From: Spirulina sp.
GTDB lineage: Bacteria > Cyanobacteriota > Cyanobacteriia > Phormidesmidales > Phormidesmidaceae
Assembly (NCBI GenBank): GCA_044070495.1
Contig: JBIPSI010000001.1
Location: 1-64,000 of the forward strand
Direction of reading: 5' to 3'
DNA length: 64,000 nt
Both the position numbers and the translations under genes were made by a program. The first letter of the stretch is position 1. Every line of letters begins with the position of its first letter. A model generated the notes under the pieces. That model was not told the DNA's origin. It saw only the letters and a list, made by a program, of their open reading frames with translations, and made no database searches. Below are positions 1 to 9,619 of the stretch, one piece after another.

Positions 1-137
1 GTCGTCGCCTCAATGTCGATTACGAGCGCTTACCCGAATCCTCGGAGGCCTTCATTCACATCGCCATGATTCGCATCATGCTACGGAGGCTCGCGTGAGG
101 GGTTTAATACCTCATCTCCGTGTTTTTAAATATCCTC
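1..137 (+). mobile_element. IS5-family (IS1031-like) element, 3' end only; transposase C-terminus 3..98
   Basis: Frame 3 reads RRLNVDYERLPESSEAFIHIAMIRIMLRRLA*, a typical IS5 C-terminus. It is followed by a terminal-repeat-like TTTTTAAATATCCTC ending at 137 and a TTA target at 138-140. Confidence 0.85.
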
Positions 138-536
138 TTAGTGATGACGAATCCAGAGGATTTTGTATATTCTCCAGAAGCTGAAAGTTCTCTGCAACAA
201 CCTGAAATAGAAACAAGACTGCAAGTGGCGAGGCAACTGGCAACACAACATCCAGAGTCAGCTATTCTTTATTCCTGGTCTCTTGTTGAGGCAACATTAA
301 GGCTTGTTGCAGAGCATGAGGGAATGAGCCTACAAAGACTTGATCCGCTCTATTTAGTAAAGCAATTAGCAACTGAGGGTGTGATTTCACGCTCTGAGTA
401 CCAGTTACTTATGAATGCAATTTCATTGCGTAATGCAGTTGCCCATGGCTTCCAAACAACTCAAATTACCCAAGAGTCTGTCTATCAGCTAATTGATCTT
501 GCAGAGCAACTGTTGACAACTTTGCCTATTAGTTAG
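138..536 (+). pseudogene. C-terminal part of a REase_AHJR-like/HEPN-motif protein interrupted by IS5
   Basis: Frame resumes at the TTA target (LVMTNPED...). Contains WSLVEATLR and an RNAVAHG (RxxxxH) motif; no native start. Confidence 0.6.
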
Positions 537-664
537 GACTACTTCGGCCCACAAAAAACACAATAGGAACACGAATTTTATGAAAGTTTATGTTTTGAAG
601 TAACGATTGAACCAGGATCGGCCAGAGAAAGAAAATTCACATAAGATAGTGGATGAGCATTGTT

Positions 665-853
665 ATGGGTACTCAAATCACGATTACCTTGCCAGACGAC
701 ATTTACCAACGAGCCGAACGCTTTGCGCGTCTTGCGAACCGAGACATTGCCAGCGTTTTAGCCGACACGATTCAACATTCCATCCCACCCGTCAGCCTAG
801 ATGTGCTTGGCCTGCAACCAGTCGCCGATCTCCCCGACGACCCTGACGAGTAA
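665..853 (+). pseudogene. Truncated antitoxin-like (ribbon-helix-helix-type) small protein
   Basis: MGTQITITLPDDIYQRAERFARLANRD N-terminus, stopping abruptly at PDDPDE*. Confidence 0.5.
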
Positions 854-991
854 CCGTTTACATCCCCCCTACCTTTGAACGAGAAATCAAGGGTTATGGC
901 GATTTAGCCAGGAGGGAGTGAATGCTTACCTAGTGGCAGCAAAGACTATACTGTAAGAATATGGCAGCTTAGCTAGGTAGAGTGAGATCGT

Positions 992-1303
992 ATGCTAGCC
1001 CTGAGTTATCCACACATCGAAAAGCTAGACAATCAGCCTGCACGATTACAGCGATTGCCGCGCATTCGAGTCGCGCAAATTGTTATGGACTATCTCGCCT
1101 ATGGTTGGTCTGTAGAGGAAATATGCCGACAGCACCTTTACCTAAAGCCAGCCGAAGCCCATGCAGCAATGGGCTACTATTTTGACCATCAAGAAGAAAT
1201 CGACCGAGAAATCACCCAAGAGTGGGATCAGGTGCAAACTAGCATAACGCAAGTAGCTAGATCGCCTTTTTACACCAGAATGAAAGCAAAAGGACTGCTG
1301 TAA
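992..1303 (+). CDS. DUF433 antitoxin
   Basis: RIRVAQIV...GWSVEEICRQHLYLKPAEAHAAMGYYFDHQEEID DUF433 signature; abuts a PIN gene. Confidence 0.85.
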   Translation: MLALSYPHIEKLDNQPARLQRLPRIRVAQIVMDYLAYGWSVEEICRQHLYLKPAEAHAAMGYYFDHQEEIDREITQEWDQVQTSITQVARSPFYTRMKAKGLL

Positions 1304-1654
1304 GTGGCCATTGCTTTGTATATGGATGTTCACATTCCCCAAGCCGTTACAGATCAGTTACGCCGTCGAGGTATAGATGTATTGACGGCCTTTGAAGATG
1401 AATGCCAAGAACTCCCTGACGATCAGCTTTTATTAAGAGTGACTCAACTTAATCGAGTTCTGTTTACCCAAGACATTCGATTTCGCGTTTTAGCCGAAAC
1501 CTGGCAAGTCGAAGGAAAGCCATTTTCTGGCCTAATCTTTGGTCATCAACTTGGAGGCACAATTGGCCAGTTCGTCAGAGATTTAGAATTAATTGCCAAG
1601 GCTTCAGAACCCGATGAATGGATAAATGCAGTTGAGTATATTCCGTTCAAGTGA
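1304..1654 (+). CDS. DUF5615 PIN-like toxin
   Basis: LYMDVHIP...GIDVLT...DDQLL...RVLFTQDIRF pattern; GTG start directly after the DUF433 stop. Confidence 0.85.
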   Translation: MAIALYMDVHIPQAVTDQLRRRGIDVLTAFEDECQELPDDQLLLRVTQLNRVLFTQDIRFRVLAETWQVEGKPFSGLIFGHQLGGTIGQFVRDLELIAKASEPDEWINAVEYIPFK

Positions 1655-1761
1655 CAGGCAAGATAAATATCGTTATTCGGTCTGAATATTGAATAGACTA
1701 GATCTTAAAAATTTTGGCCAGAAAAGCTTGCGTTCTTTCAGAAATCAAACAGGATTACTAT

Positions 1762-1920
1762 AGATAGTGGATGGGCATTATTATGAATACTCAAATCACA
1801 ATTACCTTGCCAGACGAAATTTACCAACGAGCTGAACGCTTTGCGCGGCTTGCTAACCGAGACAGCGAGTGAGCTAATTCCTGAAGGCCTTCGACAGCGA
1901 GTGAGAGAAGCGGCTAATAA
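1762..1920 (+). pseudogene. Second copy of the antitoxin-like 5' end joined to a probable HNH nuclease N-terminal remnant
   Basis: 1762-1864 is a diverged direct repeat of 644-746. Then comes SELIPEGLRQRVREAANN, which resembles cyanobacterial HNH N-termini but lacks the CxxC. Confidence 0.5.
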
Positions 1921-1945
1921 TCAGTCCCCCTACGCCCAAACCCCC

Positions 1946-2356
1946 ATGGCACAAATCACCATTGATATTCCCGACGACCTAGCTCAACAGCTTGCCCCCT
2001 ACCAAAGCCAATTTTCCGACCTGTTTACTCGGCTCATCGCCACAACCCTCCTCAGCCCCCAGACCCCAGAGCAAACGGCTCCCATGCCTAACTTGCTCAA
2101 CTCCTCCAGCCTCTATCAAGAAATTCTCGACCTCCTCATCAGTCAACCCACCTCAGAGCAAATCATTGGCTTCAAAGTCTCTGAACCTTCCCAAAGCCGT
2201 TTGCAAACGCTGCTGCAAAAAAATCGTGAAACAGCCCTCACCCCCGCCGAAACCGCCGAGCTAGACCTGTACGAGCAACTCGATACCTTGATGGCTCTGT
2301 TGAAGGTTCGGGCCTACGCCGCCCTTAACTCCTGTGATAGCGTTGCAGTTCAATAA
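1946..2356 (+). CDS. Antitoxin-like hypothetical protein (type usually paired with an HNH nuclease)
   Basis: MAQITIDIPDDLAQQL...RLQTLLQKNRETALTPAETAELDLYEQLD; 3' end runs into the IS1 remnant. Confidence 0.6.
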   Translation: MAQITIDIPDDLAQQLAPYQSQFSDLFTRLIATTLLSPQTPEQTAPMPNLLNSSSLYQEILDLLISQPTSEQIIGFKVSEPSQSRLQTLLQKNRETALTPAETAELDLYEQLDTLMALLKVRAYAALNSCDSVAVQ

Positions 2357-2653
2357 TCCCTCGACGTCTCCGTCGCACGGGCAATGCCTGCTAGGGGGAT
2401 CTTCTCGCGTCACAACCGATTCACCAGTGCCTTGGTCTCCTTCGGTTTCGGTTGCCATTGCGGGTTCTCCACGAATTGACGGCCACAGTCCCGGCACTTG
2501 TAATTTTGCTTCCCCCGATGGCTAGTGCCGTTCTTGGAGATATCGTGAGACCCACAGGTCGGACAAGTCATCTCGATGGTCATGTGCTTGTCTCCCCGGT
2601 TATCGTGGTGGCGTAGCCTGATTTTCCTCCGTCCCGTGCATTAATGCACTACC
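2335..2653 (-). mobile_element. IS1-family remnant (InsA-like zinc-ribbon/HTH pseudogene plus left end)
   Basis: Minus strand from 2583: MTIEMTCPTCGSHDISKNG...KQNYKCRDCGRQFVENP...L*REKIPLAGIARA, with an internal stop at 2410-2412. Terminus GGTAGTGCATTAATGCAC at 2653. Confidence 0.85.
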
Positions 2654-2774
2654 AAAGCAAGATGTGTGTACACGGTAGCCCTTATCAAGGGGGGCAAGGT
2701 GAACCGACTACGGATAGCACCTGGGGGATCTGAAGTCCTCAAATGTGTACCTCACTGAACCAAGAACCGCTATA
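2654..2774. repeat. Right end of a GCTAC/GTAGC-type MITE followed by the right half of an ATAGC..GCTAT-type repeat
   Basis: aagatgtgtgtacacggtagc then ccttatcaaggggg...gtacctcact...gaaccgctata; matches copies at 8676 and 27070. Confidence 0.7.
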
Positions 2775-2840
2775 GCGTTCTTGACCTGAACCACGAGAGT
2801 TCTTAAACCGAATTACACCTCTTCCACCATCGTGACCCCT

Positions 2841-3497
2841 ATGGCTAAATCCGATCCCAACCGTGTGCTGCGCCTGTTGCCTCTAGTGGCGGGGGGCTTA
2901 GGGGGAACGCTGCTTCTGGTCAACCGCATCCTCACGCCAGGGTTGACGGAATCCCAGGCCCGCTCGGACGTGATGGGGGTGATCCTCAGTGCCCTGTTGA
3001 TTTTGACCGGGCTGCTGTGGCAACGAGTGCAGCCCATCTCCCCGGAGGCGGTGGTGCTGGAGGGCGAGGAAGGCTTTGATCTAGAGGCCACCCTGCCCGA
3101 CGAGGTGAAGACGGAACTGGCCTGGGCCTCCCACCTGCTGCTAACCAACACAGTGACGCGCTCTGTGCTGGTGTATTACCAGGGGCAGGTGTTGCTGCGG
3201 CGAGGCATCCTGGGGCCAACGGCAACGGTAGACCCTGGCCCCATCCTGAAGCGGGTGCTGGAAACGGGTAAGGCCGTGTATTTGGTGAACCTAAAGATCT
3301 ACCCTGGTCGGGTGGAGTTTACCTATCTGCCCCCCAACACCCAGGGGGTAATCTGCCAGCCTTTAGGAAATCAAGGGGCGCTGATTTTGGCCGCCAATGC
3401 CCCCCGCAGCTACACCAAACAGGATGAAGCCTGGGTGGAGGGCATCGCCGATAAGGTGGGTCACTCCCTCGCCACCGCCGCCCCAGCCGAGGCGTAA
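2841..3497 (+). CDS. Cofactor assembly of complex C subunit B (CCB2/CCB4 family)
   Basis: LLLVNRI...QARSDVMGVILSALLILTGLLWQ...ELAWASHLLLTNT...FTYLPPNTQGVICQPLG. Confidence 0.85.
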   Translation: MAKSDPNRVLRLLPLVAGGLGGTLLLVNRILTPGLTESQARSDVMGVILSALLILTGLLWQRVQPISPEAVVLEGEEGFDLEATLPDEVKTELAWASHLLLTNTVTRSVLVYYQGQVLLRRGILGPTATVDPGPILKRVLETGKAVYLVNLKIYPGRVEFTYLPPNTQGVICQPLGNQGALILAANAPRSYTKQDEAWVEGIADKVGHSLATAAPAEA

Positions 3498-3572
3498 CTG
3501 GGGGGACACGGGCTGCAAAAGGGGATCTTCTGGGGGATACTTGAAGACATCCATGACGATATGTAACACGCG

Positions 3573-4424
3573 ATGACTGCTGCGGTTTGTCTGCAAAATG
3601 TCCACAAGGTCTACAACGGCGTGCCCGTGGTCAACGACCTCTCCCTCTCCATTGAATCCGGGGAAGTCTTCGGCTTGCTAGGGCCAAACGGAGCGGGCAA
3701 ATCCACCACCATTCGCATGGTCACTACCCTCACTCGGCCCAGCCAGGGGGATATTGTGGTGGCCGGGTACGACGTCAACCGTCAGCAACTAGACGTGCGC
3801 CGCCAGATTGGCGTGGTGCTGCAACAAACCAGCGTCGATGGCGACCTGACGGTGTGGGAAAACATGGAATTCCATGGCCGGATGCACCACCTTCCCACCG
3901 CCCAACGACGACGCAGCATCGATACCTGGCTGGAGTACGTGGAACTGCAAGATCGGCGGGATGACAAGGTGAAAACCCTCTCCGGCGGCATGAAGCGGCG
4001 GCTGCAAATTGCTCGCGCCCTGCTGCACAACCCCAAGATTTTGTTTTTGGACGAACCCACCGTAGGATTGGATCCGCAAACCCGCCGTCGCCTCTGGGAA
4101 ATCATCCAGCGCCTCAACCAGCAGGGCATGACCATGCTACTCACCACCCACTACATGGATGAGGTGGAGTACCTCTGTAACCGCATTGGCGTGATGGATC
4201 AGGGCAAGCTGATTGAATTGGGCACCCTAGATCAACTGAGGCAGCGCCACGGCCAAGGCATCGTTATGACCCAGCGGGACGGCCACTGGGACTACCAGTT
4301 TTTCCCTACCCTAGAGGACGCCAACACCCACCTCAACCAGCAATCCGACAAAACCGGCATGATGGCACGCCCCTCTAACCTAGAGGACATTTTTGTGGAA
4401 CTCACCGGGCGCAACCTCGATTAA
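3573..4424 (+). CDS. ABC-2 type transporter ATP-binding protein
   Basis: Walker A GPNGAGKS, signature LSGGMKRR, Walker B ILFLDEPT, TTHY. Confidence 0.9.
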   Translation: MTAAVCLQNVHKVYNGVPVVNDLSLSIESGEVFGLLGPNGAGKSTTIRMVTTLTRPSQGDIVVAGYDVNRQQLDVRRQIGVVLQQTSVDGDLTVWENMEFHGRMHHLPTAQRRRSIDTWLEYVELQDRRDDKVKTLSGGMKRRLQIARALLHNPKILFLDEPTVGLDPQTRRRLWEIIQRLNQQGMTMLLTTHYMDEVEYLCNRIGVMDQGKLIELGTLDQLRQRHGQGIVMTQRDGHWDYQFFPTLEDANTHLNQQSDKTGMMARPSNLEDIFVELTGRNLD

Positions 4425-4473
4425 AGGCGGTATCGTAGGAGCGACATATCCTCGCCCCCAAGGAGCTATCAGT

Positions 4474-4917
4474 ATGGATTTGATGGGTTTAGTCAACCAA
4501 GCCATCGCCAGCAGCGACACCGAAGCCAGCAGCAGCCTGGTAGGGTCACTGCTCGGTAGCCTCAACCAAGCCCCCGTGGAAAACACCCAAATTGGAGCCA
4601 TCGCGGGCCAGTTGCAGCAGGTGTTGCAAGCCAAAAGCCAGGGCCAAGCCGATGCCGGATCGCTCATGGGCGTGCTGCAAGCGGTGGCCAGCAGCGGTGC
4701 CATCGAACAGCTTTTGGCCTCCGAGCAGGTGTCCGCCATTGCCCAGCAAGTCGGCGTAGATCCGGCCATGGTTCGCAATATTACCCCCGTCATCGCCCAA
4801 TTTTTGGTGAAAGGATCCAACAACCAGGGTGGCGGACTCTTACAAAAGGTGCTGTCTGGAGAAGTTGACCTGGCCCAGATGGCGAACCTAATCGGCATGG
4901 CCAGCAAGTTTCTGTAA
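4474..4917 (+). CDS. Hypothetical Gly/Gln-rich protein (DUF937/YidB-like)
   Basis: AAGGAG Shine-Dalgarno upstream; QVSAIAQQVGVD...ITPVIAQFL helical motif. Confidence 0.65.
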   Translation: MDLMGLVNQAIASSDTEASSSLVGSLLGSLNQAPVENTQIGAIAGQLQQVLQAKSQGQADAGSLMGVLQAVASSGAIEQLLASEQVSAIAQQVGVDPAMVRNITPVIAQFLVKGSNNQGGGLLQKVLSGEVDLAQMANLIGMASKFL

Positions 4918-5026
4918 CAAGTTGCCGTCAGTCGATCTCGGTTCACGGTAGAGCCACCGTCTTGGCGGTCTTCGTAGTAGGTCATAGGATGCTGACTGAC
5001 ACAATGCCAAAAAGCCTTGATATCTC

Positions 5027-5111
5027 GTAGGTTGGGTGGCGCGATAGCAGAACCCAACAAGCCCGAAATCCTCGGCAAGTGTTGGGTTCCGCTTCGTTGC
5101 ACCCAACCTAC
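5027..5111. repeat. GTAG-type REP doublet
   Basis: GTAGGTTGGGT..AACCCAAC ... GTTGGGTT..ACCCAACCTAC inverted pair. Confidence 0.75.
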
Positions 5112-5203
5112 TTTGGAGAGGTGTCAGGCAATCAGCATAGGATGACCATCCCCCTTGATCCACTGATCTCTAACTTGTACCGATACCCTGAGTTTCCACC
5201 CGA

Positions 5204-5788
5204 ATGTCCAGCCTAGCCACCACCATTGAAGCGATTTTATACCTTAAAGGACAACCCCTCTCCATTGCCAAACTAGCGGAACTCGCCCGCTGTGAGCGGG
5301 AAGACATCGAAGAGGGGCTGATCGACCTGATGGACGACTACGCCCACCGGGACGGTGCCCTGGAAATTGTGGAGACGGTGGATGGCTACTGCCTTCAGCT
5401 TAAGGAGCGCTATCGATTTTTGGTGGATATGCTGATTCCCCTAGACCTAGGGGTCGGTGCCCTGCGCACCCTCGCCGCCATTGCCCTCAAAGGCCCGATT
5501 AGCCAAACCGATCTGGTAGATCTGCGTGGATCGGGAGCCTACCAGCATGTCCAAGAACTGTTGACCCAGGGCTTTGTTCGCAAGCGCAAACAGTCCGAAA
5601 GCCGTTCCTCCCTGGTGCAAGTCACCGACAAGTTCTACCAGCACTTTGAAATTGACCAACTGCCCAAACTGCGGCCAAAATCCCCCGGCCAACCCGCCGC
5701 AGACGACCTAGTGGACGAAGACGACCCCACAGACGAACCCCCAGAGGAGGATTCCGTAACACCAGAAACCCCTGATGCCGACCTCTAG
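5204..5788 (+). CDS. scpB: SMC-Scp complex subunit ScpB
   Basis: IEAILY...LRTLAAIALKGPISQTDLVDLRGSGAYQHV...TDKFYQHF. Confidence 0.95.
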   Translation: MSSLATTIEAILYLKGQPLSIAKLAELARCEREDIEEGLIDLMDDYAHRDGALEIVETVDGYCLQLKERYRFLVDMLIPLDLGVGALRTLAAIALKGPISQTDLVDLRGSGAYQHVQELLTQGFVRKRKQSESRSSLVQVTDKFYQHFEIDQLPKLRPKSPGQPAADDLVDEDDPTDEPPEEDSVTPETPDADL

Positions 5789-5843
5789 ATCTCTGGGATT
5801 CCCGTGATACAATTAAAGACTGTGTCGAAAATTAGGGTTAACC

Positions 5844-6041
5844 ATGCCAAAACTGAAGTCTCGCAAAGCGGCGGCCAAGCGTTTTCGCCGCAGTGGCAGC
5901 GGCAAAATCATGCGTCGTAAGGCGTTCAAGAACCACCTGCTCCAGCACAAAAATGCTGAGCGCCGCTCTCGCCTCTCCAAAGCCGTCGTGGTTTCTGAGG
6001 AAGATGCGCCCAATGTTGAACTGATGCTGCCTTATCTCTAG
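5844..6041 (+). CDS. rpmI: 50S ribosomal protein L35
   Basis: [36 protein letters not shown]. Confidence 0.98.
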   Translation: MPKLKSRKAAAKRFRRSGSGKIMRRKAFKNHLLQHKNAERRSRLSKAVVVSEEDAPNVELMLPYL

Positions 6042-6142
6042 GTCGCATCAGGCTTTAGGCTAGCGTTGGTTAGCCGTCCTCCATCCCATTTTGTTTGGGT
6101 TATTTGTCTAGGTTAAACGTCTCCCCAAGGATTTAAACAGTC

Positions 6143-6493
6143 ATGGCACGTGTGAAGCGCGGCAATGTTGCCCGGAAGCGCCGCAACAAAATTCTCAAAC
6201 TGGCTAAGGGCTTTAGAGGCTCCCACTCTAAGCTATTCCGCACCGCCAACCAGCAGGTGATGAAAGCCCTGCGCTACGCCTATCGCGACCGTCGCAACCG
6301 CAAGCGCGATTTCCGTCGCCTGTGGATTACCCGCATCAACGCCGCAGCCCGTCTGCACGACATTAGCTACAGCCAACTGATGGGCCAACTGAAGAAGGCC
6401 AACATCGAGATCAACCGCAAAATGCTGGCTCAAATGGCCGTGCTTGATCCCGATGGTTTTGCCAAGGTTGTGGAAGTTGCAGGCAAAGCCTAG
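6143..6493 (+). CDS. rplT: 50S ribosomal protein L20
   Basis: [26 protein letters not shown]...[16 protein letters not shown]. Confidence 0.98.
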   Translation: MARVKRGNVARKRRNKILKLAKGFRGSHSKLFRTANQQVMKALRYAYRDRRNRKRDFRRLWITRINAAARLHDISYSQLMGQLKKANIEINRKMLAQMAVLDPDGFAKVVEVAGKA

Positions 6494-6547
6494 AACCCAG
6501 ACACAGCCTTAGGTTTTGGCATGGCGATCCAGAAACCGTAGCGGACA

Positions 6548-7333
6548 ATGGCGATGCAGTCTCTCCGATCCGTTTTCTTCGGTTTCAGTCTTATTCTGGG
6601 GGTACAGACCACTGTATCCCCAGTTTTTGCTGCGGATTTAGACACGATTCAGGCCCGTGGCTACCTGATTGTGGCGGTGCGCGAACATTGGCGACCCCTC
6701 AGCTTTCGCGATGACACCGGGGAATTAGTGGGGCTAGAGGTGGACTTGGCCCGTCAACTGGCCCAGCGCATTTTTAATAACCCCGATGCCCTGGTGCTGG
6801 AGGTGGTCAGCAACCGTGAACGCCTGCCTGCGGTGCTGGAGGATCGGGTGGATCTGGCCATTGCTGGGCTAACCCAGACCCCGGAGCGCATGAGACTCGT
6901 CAACTTTAGCCTGCCCTACTATTTGGATGGGGCTGGAGTTGTGGTTCGAGAGGGAAATCAGCACGACACCCTTCAGTCCCTTATGCAGGGGCGGATTGGC
7001 CTACTCCAGGGTTCTAGCACCCTAGCCGCCGTGCGCTACCTGCTGCCCCAGGCTCAACTGGTGCCCGCCGAGAGCTACCAAGCTGGGCTAACTCAACTGC
7101 AACAAGGGCAGGTGGAGGCTTTTGCGGGGGATATCAGCACCCTAGTCGGCTGGCAGCAAGAACAACCGGGCTATGCCCTACTGCCCACCGTCATCACCGC
7201 CGAACCCTTGGCCATCGCCTTGCCCCACGGCACCCAGTTCAACGACCTGCGCCAATTGGTGGATCAAAGCCTGCGGGAATGGCACCAAAGCGGCTGGCTG
7301 GAGGAGCGCACCACCTTTTGGGGACTGCCTTGA
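6548..7333 (+). CDS. Amino-acid-type ABC substrate-binding protein (SBP_bac_3)
   Basis: Signal peptide; IQARGYLIVAV...GLEVDLA...VDLAIAGLTQTPER...FSLPYY. Confidence 0.9.
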   Translation: MAMQSLRSVFFGFSLILGVQTTVSPVFAADLDTIQARGYLIVAVREHWRPLSFRDDTGELVGLEVDLARQLAQRIFNNPDALVLEVVSNRERLPAVLEDRVDLAIAGLTQTPERMRLVNFSLPYYLDGAGVVVREGNQHDTLQSLMQGRIGLLQGSSTLAAVRYLLPQAQLVPAESYQAGLTQLQQGQVEAFAGDISTLVGWQQEQPGYALLPTVITAEPLAIALPHGTQFNDLRQLVDQSLREWHQSGWLEERTTFWGLP

Positions 7334-7412
7334 CCCCTGCCAGGGGCCTAACTCATGCCAAGATAGGAACAGATTTGTAGGACGCGCATTTAGTAGGACG
7401 CATATTGAATCC

Positions 7413-7949
7413 ATGGAGAACAGCAAGCTACTTTTGACCTATCTGGCCATCCTTCTGGTGTTGCTGAGCGTCGCCGCCTTTTTTGTGGTGCGCCAGGTGC
7501 TCAAAACTCGCCGCATCGAGGGCACCCTATCACGCCTACAAAACAAGCTCACCAAGGAAAAGGGCACCGCCCAGGAATACTACGAACTAGGAAGCTTGCT
7601 GCTCGACAAAAAGCTCTATACCCAGGCTGCCCTCTACCTCCAGCAAGCGCTGAAGCAGGTGGATGGCGAAGAAATCGAAAACGCGGCCCTGGTCTACAAC
7701 GCCCTTGGCTATGCCTACTTTGCCCAAGAACAGTACGACCTAGCCATCCGCAACTACAAAGAAGCGCTCAAGGTAGCCCCAGACTACGTCACGGCCCTCA
7801 ACAACCTAGGCCACAGCTACGAGCGCAAGCAATTGATGAACCAGGCTCTCGAAACCTACGAAAGCGCCCTCACCCTAGAACCCAGTAACGGCACCGCCAA
7901 GCGACGGGCCGAGTCTCTGCGGAAACGCCTAGTTCCCTCTGGCCAATAG
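7413..7949 (+). CDS. ycf37: TPR protein Ycf37 (PSI assembly)
   Basis: N-terminal TM helix and three TPRs (YYELG, YNALGYAY, ALNNLG); downstream of rplT. Confidence 0.8.
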   Translation: MENSKLLLTYLAILLVLLSVAAFFVVRQVLKTRRIEGTLSRLQNKLTKEKGTAQEYYELGSLLLDKKLYTQAALYLQQALKQVDGEEIENAALVYNALGYAYFAQEQYDLAIRNYKEALKVAPDYVTALNNLGHSYERKQLMNQALETYESALTLEPSNGTAKRRAESLRKRLVPSGQ

Positions 7950-8028
7950 GTCGTTCATCTTGGGGTTGATCTGCTGAGTTGAGGCAGGTCGGCCTAGGGG
8001 GTTCTACCTGTCGGCACCAATTGTTGAA

Positions 8029-8056
8029 GGAAGCCCAGACTTAGGTCTGGGCTTCC
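8029..8056. terminator. Hairpin / putative terminator after ycf37
   Basis: GGAAGCCCAGAC-ttag-GTCTGGGCTTCC perfect 12-bp stem; weak U-tract. Confidence 0.5.
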
Positions 8057-8137
8057 GAGTAGAGTTTTCAGCGAGGCCACCGCTACAATCAAATCACCCC
8101 CTAGCGTTTCGTATTCGTCCCAGGGAGGACAGGGCTA

Positions 8138-8653
8138 ATGGTGGCGGTGCATGGCCATCTGTTAATTGGGCCACCGGGGAGCGGCAAAAGCACCTTGGCT
8201 CGGCAGATTCAAGCCAGTCTGCCCCAAAGTTGTGTGGTGTCTACCGACCAAATTCGTCAAACCCTGTACGGAAATGCGGCGGAACAAGGGGCATGGCCGG
8301 ACATTGAGGCGGAGGTGGTGCGGCAAATTATCCAGGCCCTAGGGCGAGGAGATGCGGTAATCTATGATGCCACCAATGCACGGCGATCCTGGCGAGTAGC
8401 CTTTTTACAACGATTACACCCCCTAGGAATTCCCTGGGTAGGCTGGTATTTAAAGACGCCCTTGGCCCTTTGCCAACAGCGTAATCTCCAGAGAGATCGC
8501 CAGGTGCCCGCAGCGGTCATTGAGACCTCCTACGAAGCCCTACAGCGGTGTCCCCCCTCAATAGCCGAGGGTTTTGTGGCCATTTATGCCCTTGAGGGGG
8601 AGGCACCCTACCCCCAGGTGGATCACTATCTTCGGCAAATCCAGAAACCGTAG
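8138..8653 (+). CDS. AAA_33 P-loop kinase (polynucleotide-kinase-like)
   Basis: GPPGSGKSTLA, STDQIR, YDATN..R, RNLQRDRQVP. Confidence 0.85.
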   Translation: MVAVHGHLLIGPPGSGKSTLARQIQASLPQSCVVSTDQIRQTLYGNAAEQGAWPDIEAEVVRQIIQALGRGDAVIYDATNARRSWRVAFLQRLHPLGIPWVGWYLKTPLALCQQRNLQRDRQVPAAVIETSYEALQRCPPSIAEGFVAIYALEGEAPYPQVDHYLRQIQKP

Positions 8654-8675
8654 GGTCGATAAGGATGAACCCTGA

Positions 8676-8825
8676 TATAGCGGATTCCACTCGAATGAGG
8701 TGCGTTGTGGGGATCCCCCCTGCCCCCCTTGATAAGGGGGGTACAGAGCAAAACTTAGACAGCTAGATACTGGGGGGATCTAGAACCTAGCAACGGTGTA
8801 CCTCACTCTGCCGAGAACTGCTATA
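8676..8825. repeat. Complete ATAGC..GCTAT-type MITE-like repeat with internal C/G hairpin
   Basis: TATAGCGG...GAGGTGC...CCCCCCTTGATAAGGGGGG...GTACCTCA...CTGCTATA. Confidence 0.75.
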
Positions 8826-8935
8826 AATATTGTCTGATTATCAAAACCGAGCCTTAAAGGTGGTTTAATGCTGCCTCAAGAAGCTCTCCGCTGAGCGGAT
8901 TCCGTCTTCTAATCTTCTGCTGCATTTGCAAGGGT

Positions 8936-9526
8936 ATGAACATCTTTAAAGTTGGTTCTGGTAGTCCCACGCCTGAGGATATTGGTCGCTGGTGTAGACG
9001 GATGGGGTGGTTTGGCTTGATCATGCAATCCATGCTGGGGTTTATCCCGCTGCTGGTGGTGGTCACTCGCATCTTCAGGAGCCAGCAGGTTGGGGGGTTT
9101 GGCGGAGGGCTATGGTTAGCGATTGTCTGCCTGCTGGTGTTGCTGTTCAGCATTTACTGGTGTTTTCGCTACACCCAGCTAGCGGCTCGTCTGATGCGCA
9201 CGGATAATCGCCCACCGAAATCTGCCGTCAAGCGGGCGCTGAAGCTAGGCCTACTTTCCAATCTAGCCATCCTCAGTTTGGCCACCCTGATTGCGCTCTG
9301 GCAGGTCAGTGGGATGACCCTACGACTGCTGTCGGTGCCTCAGGGGGCAGCAGTACTGGCTCCCAATGCGGCTGTGCCCTCGGCAGCATTGATCACCCCC
9401 TCTAACATGATTGCGATCTACGCCATGGTGAGCACCATTGCGGCAGGGCTGGTGGGGCTGATTGTGGCGCTGCTGCTGATCTACGTTGTGGGTCGTCACC
9501 GCGTTGCCCAAGATACCTTTGTGTAG
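8936..9526 (+). CDS. DUF3611 family (Tic21-like) membrane protein
   Basis: RRMGWFGLIMQ...FSIYWCFRYTQLA...RPPKS..KRALKLGL; four TM helices. Confidence 0.8.
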   Translation: MNIFKVGSGSPTPEDIGRWCRRMGWFGLIMQSMLGFIPLLVVVTRIFRSQQVGGFGGGLWLAIVCLLVLLFSIYWCFRYTQLAARLMRTDNRPPKSAVKRALKLGLLSNLAILSLATLIALWQVSGMTLRLLSVPQGAAVLAPNAAVPSAALITPSNMIAIYAMVSTIAAGLVGLIVALLLIYVVGRHRVAQDTFV

Positions 9527-9619
9527 GTTCCGGTGTGTAGGTTCCGGTGTGTAGGTTCCGGCCAGAGTAAGCTCAGGCCAGAGTAGGCTCAGCACACCCA
9601 GGGTGGCTCAAGACTCGGC

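Noticed and set aside
4380..5102. 240-aa minus-strand ORF
   Set aside because: Antisense to the 4474-4917 gene that has an SD; starts inside a REP; no recognisable motifs.
9521..9592. Short repeats as CRISPR or iterons
   Set aside because: 14-16-bp contiguous units without spacers, between convergent genes.
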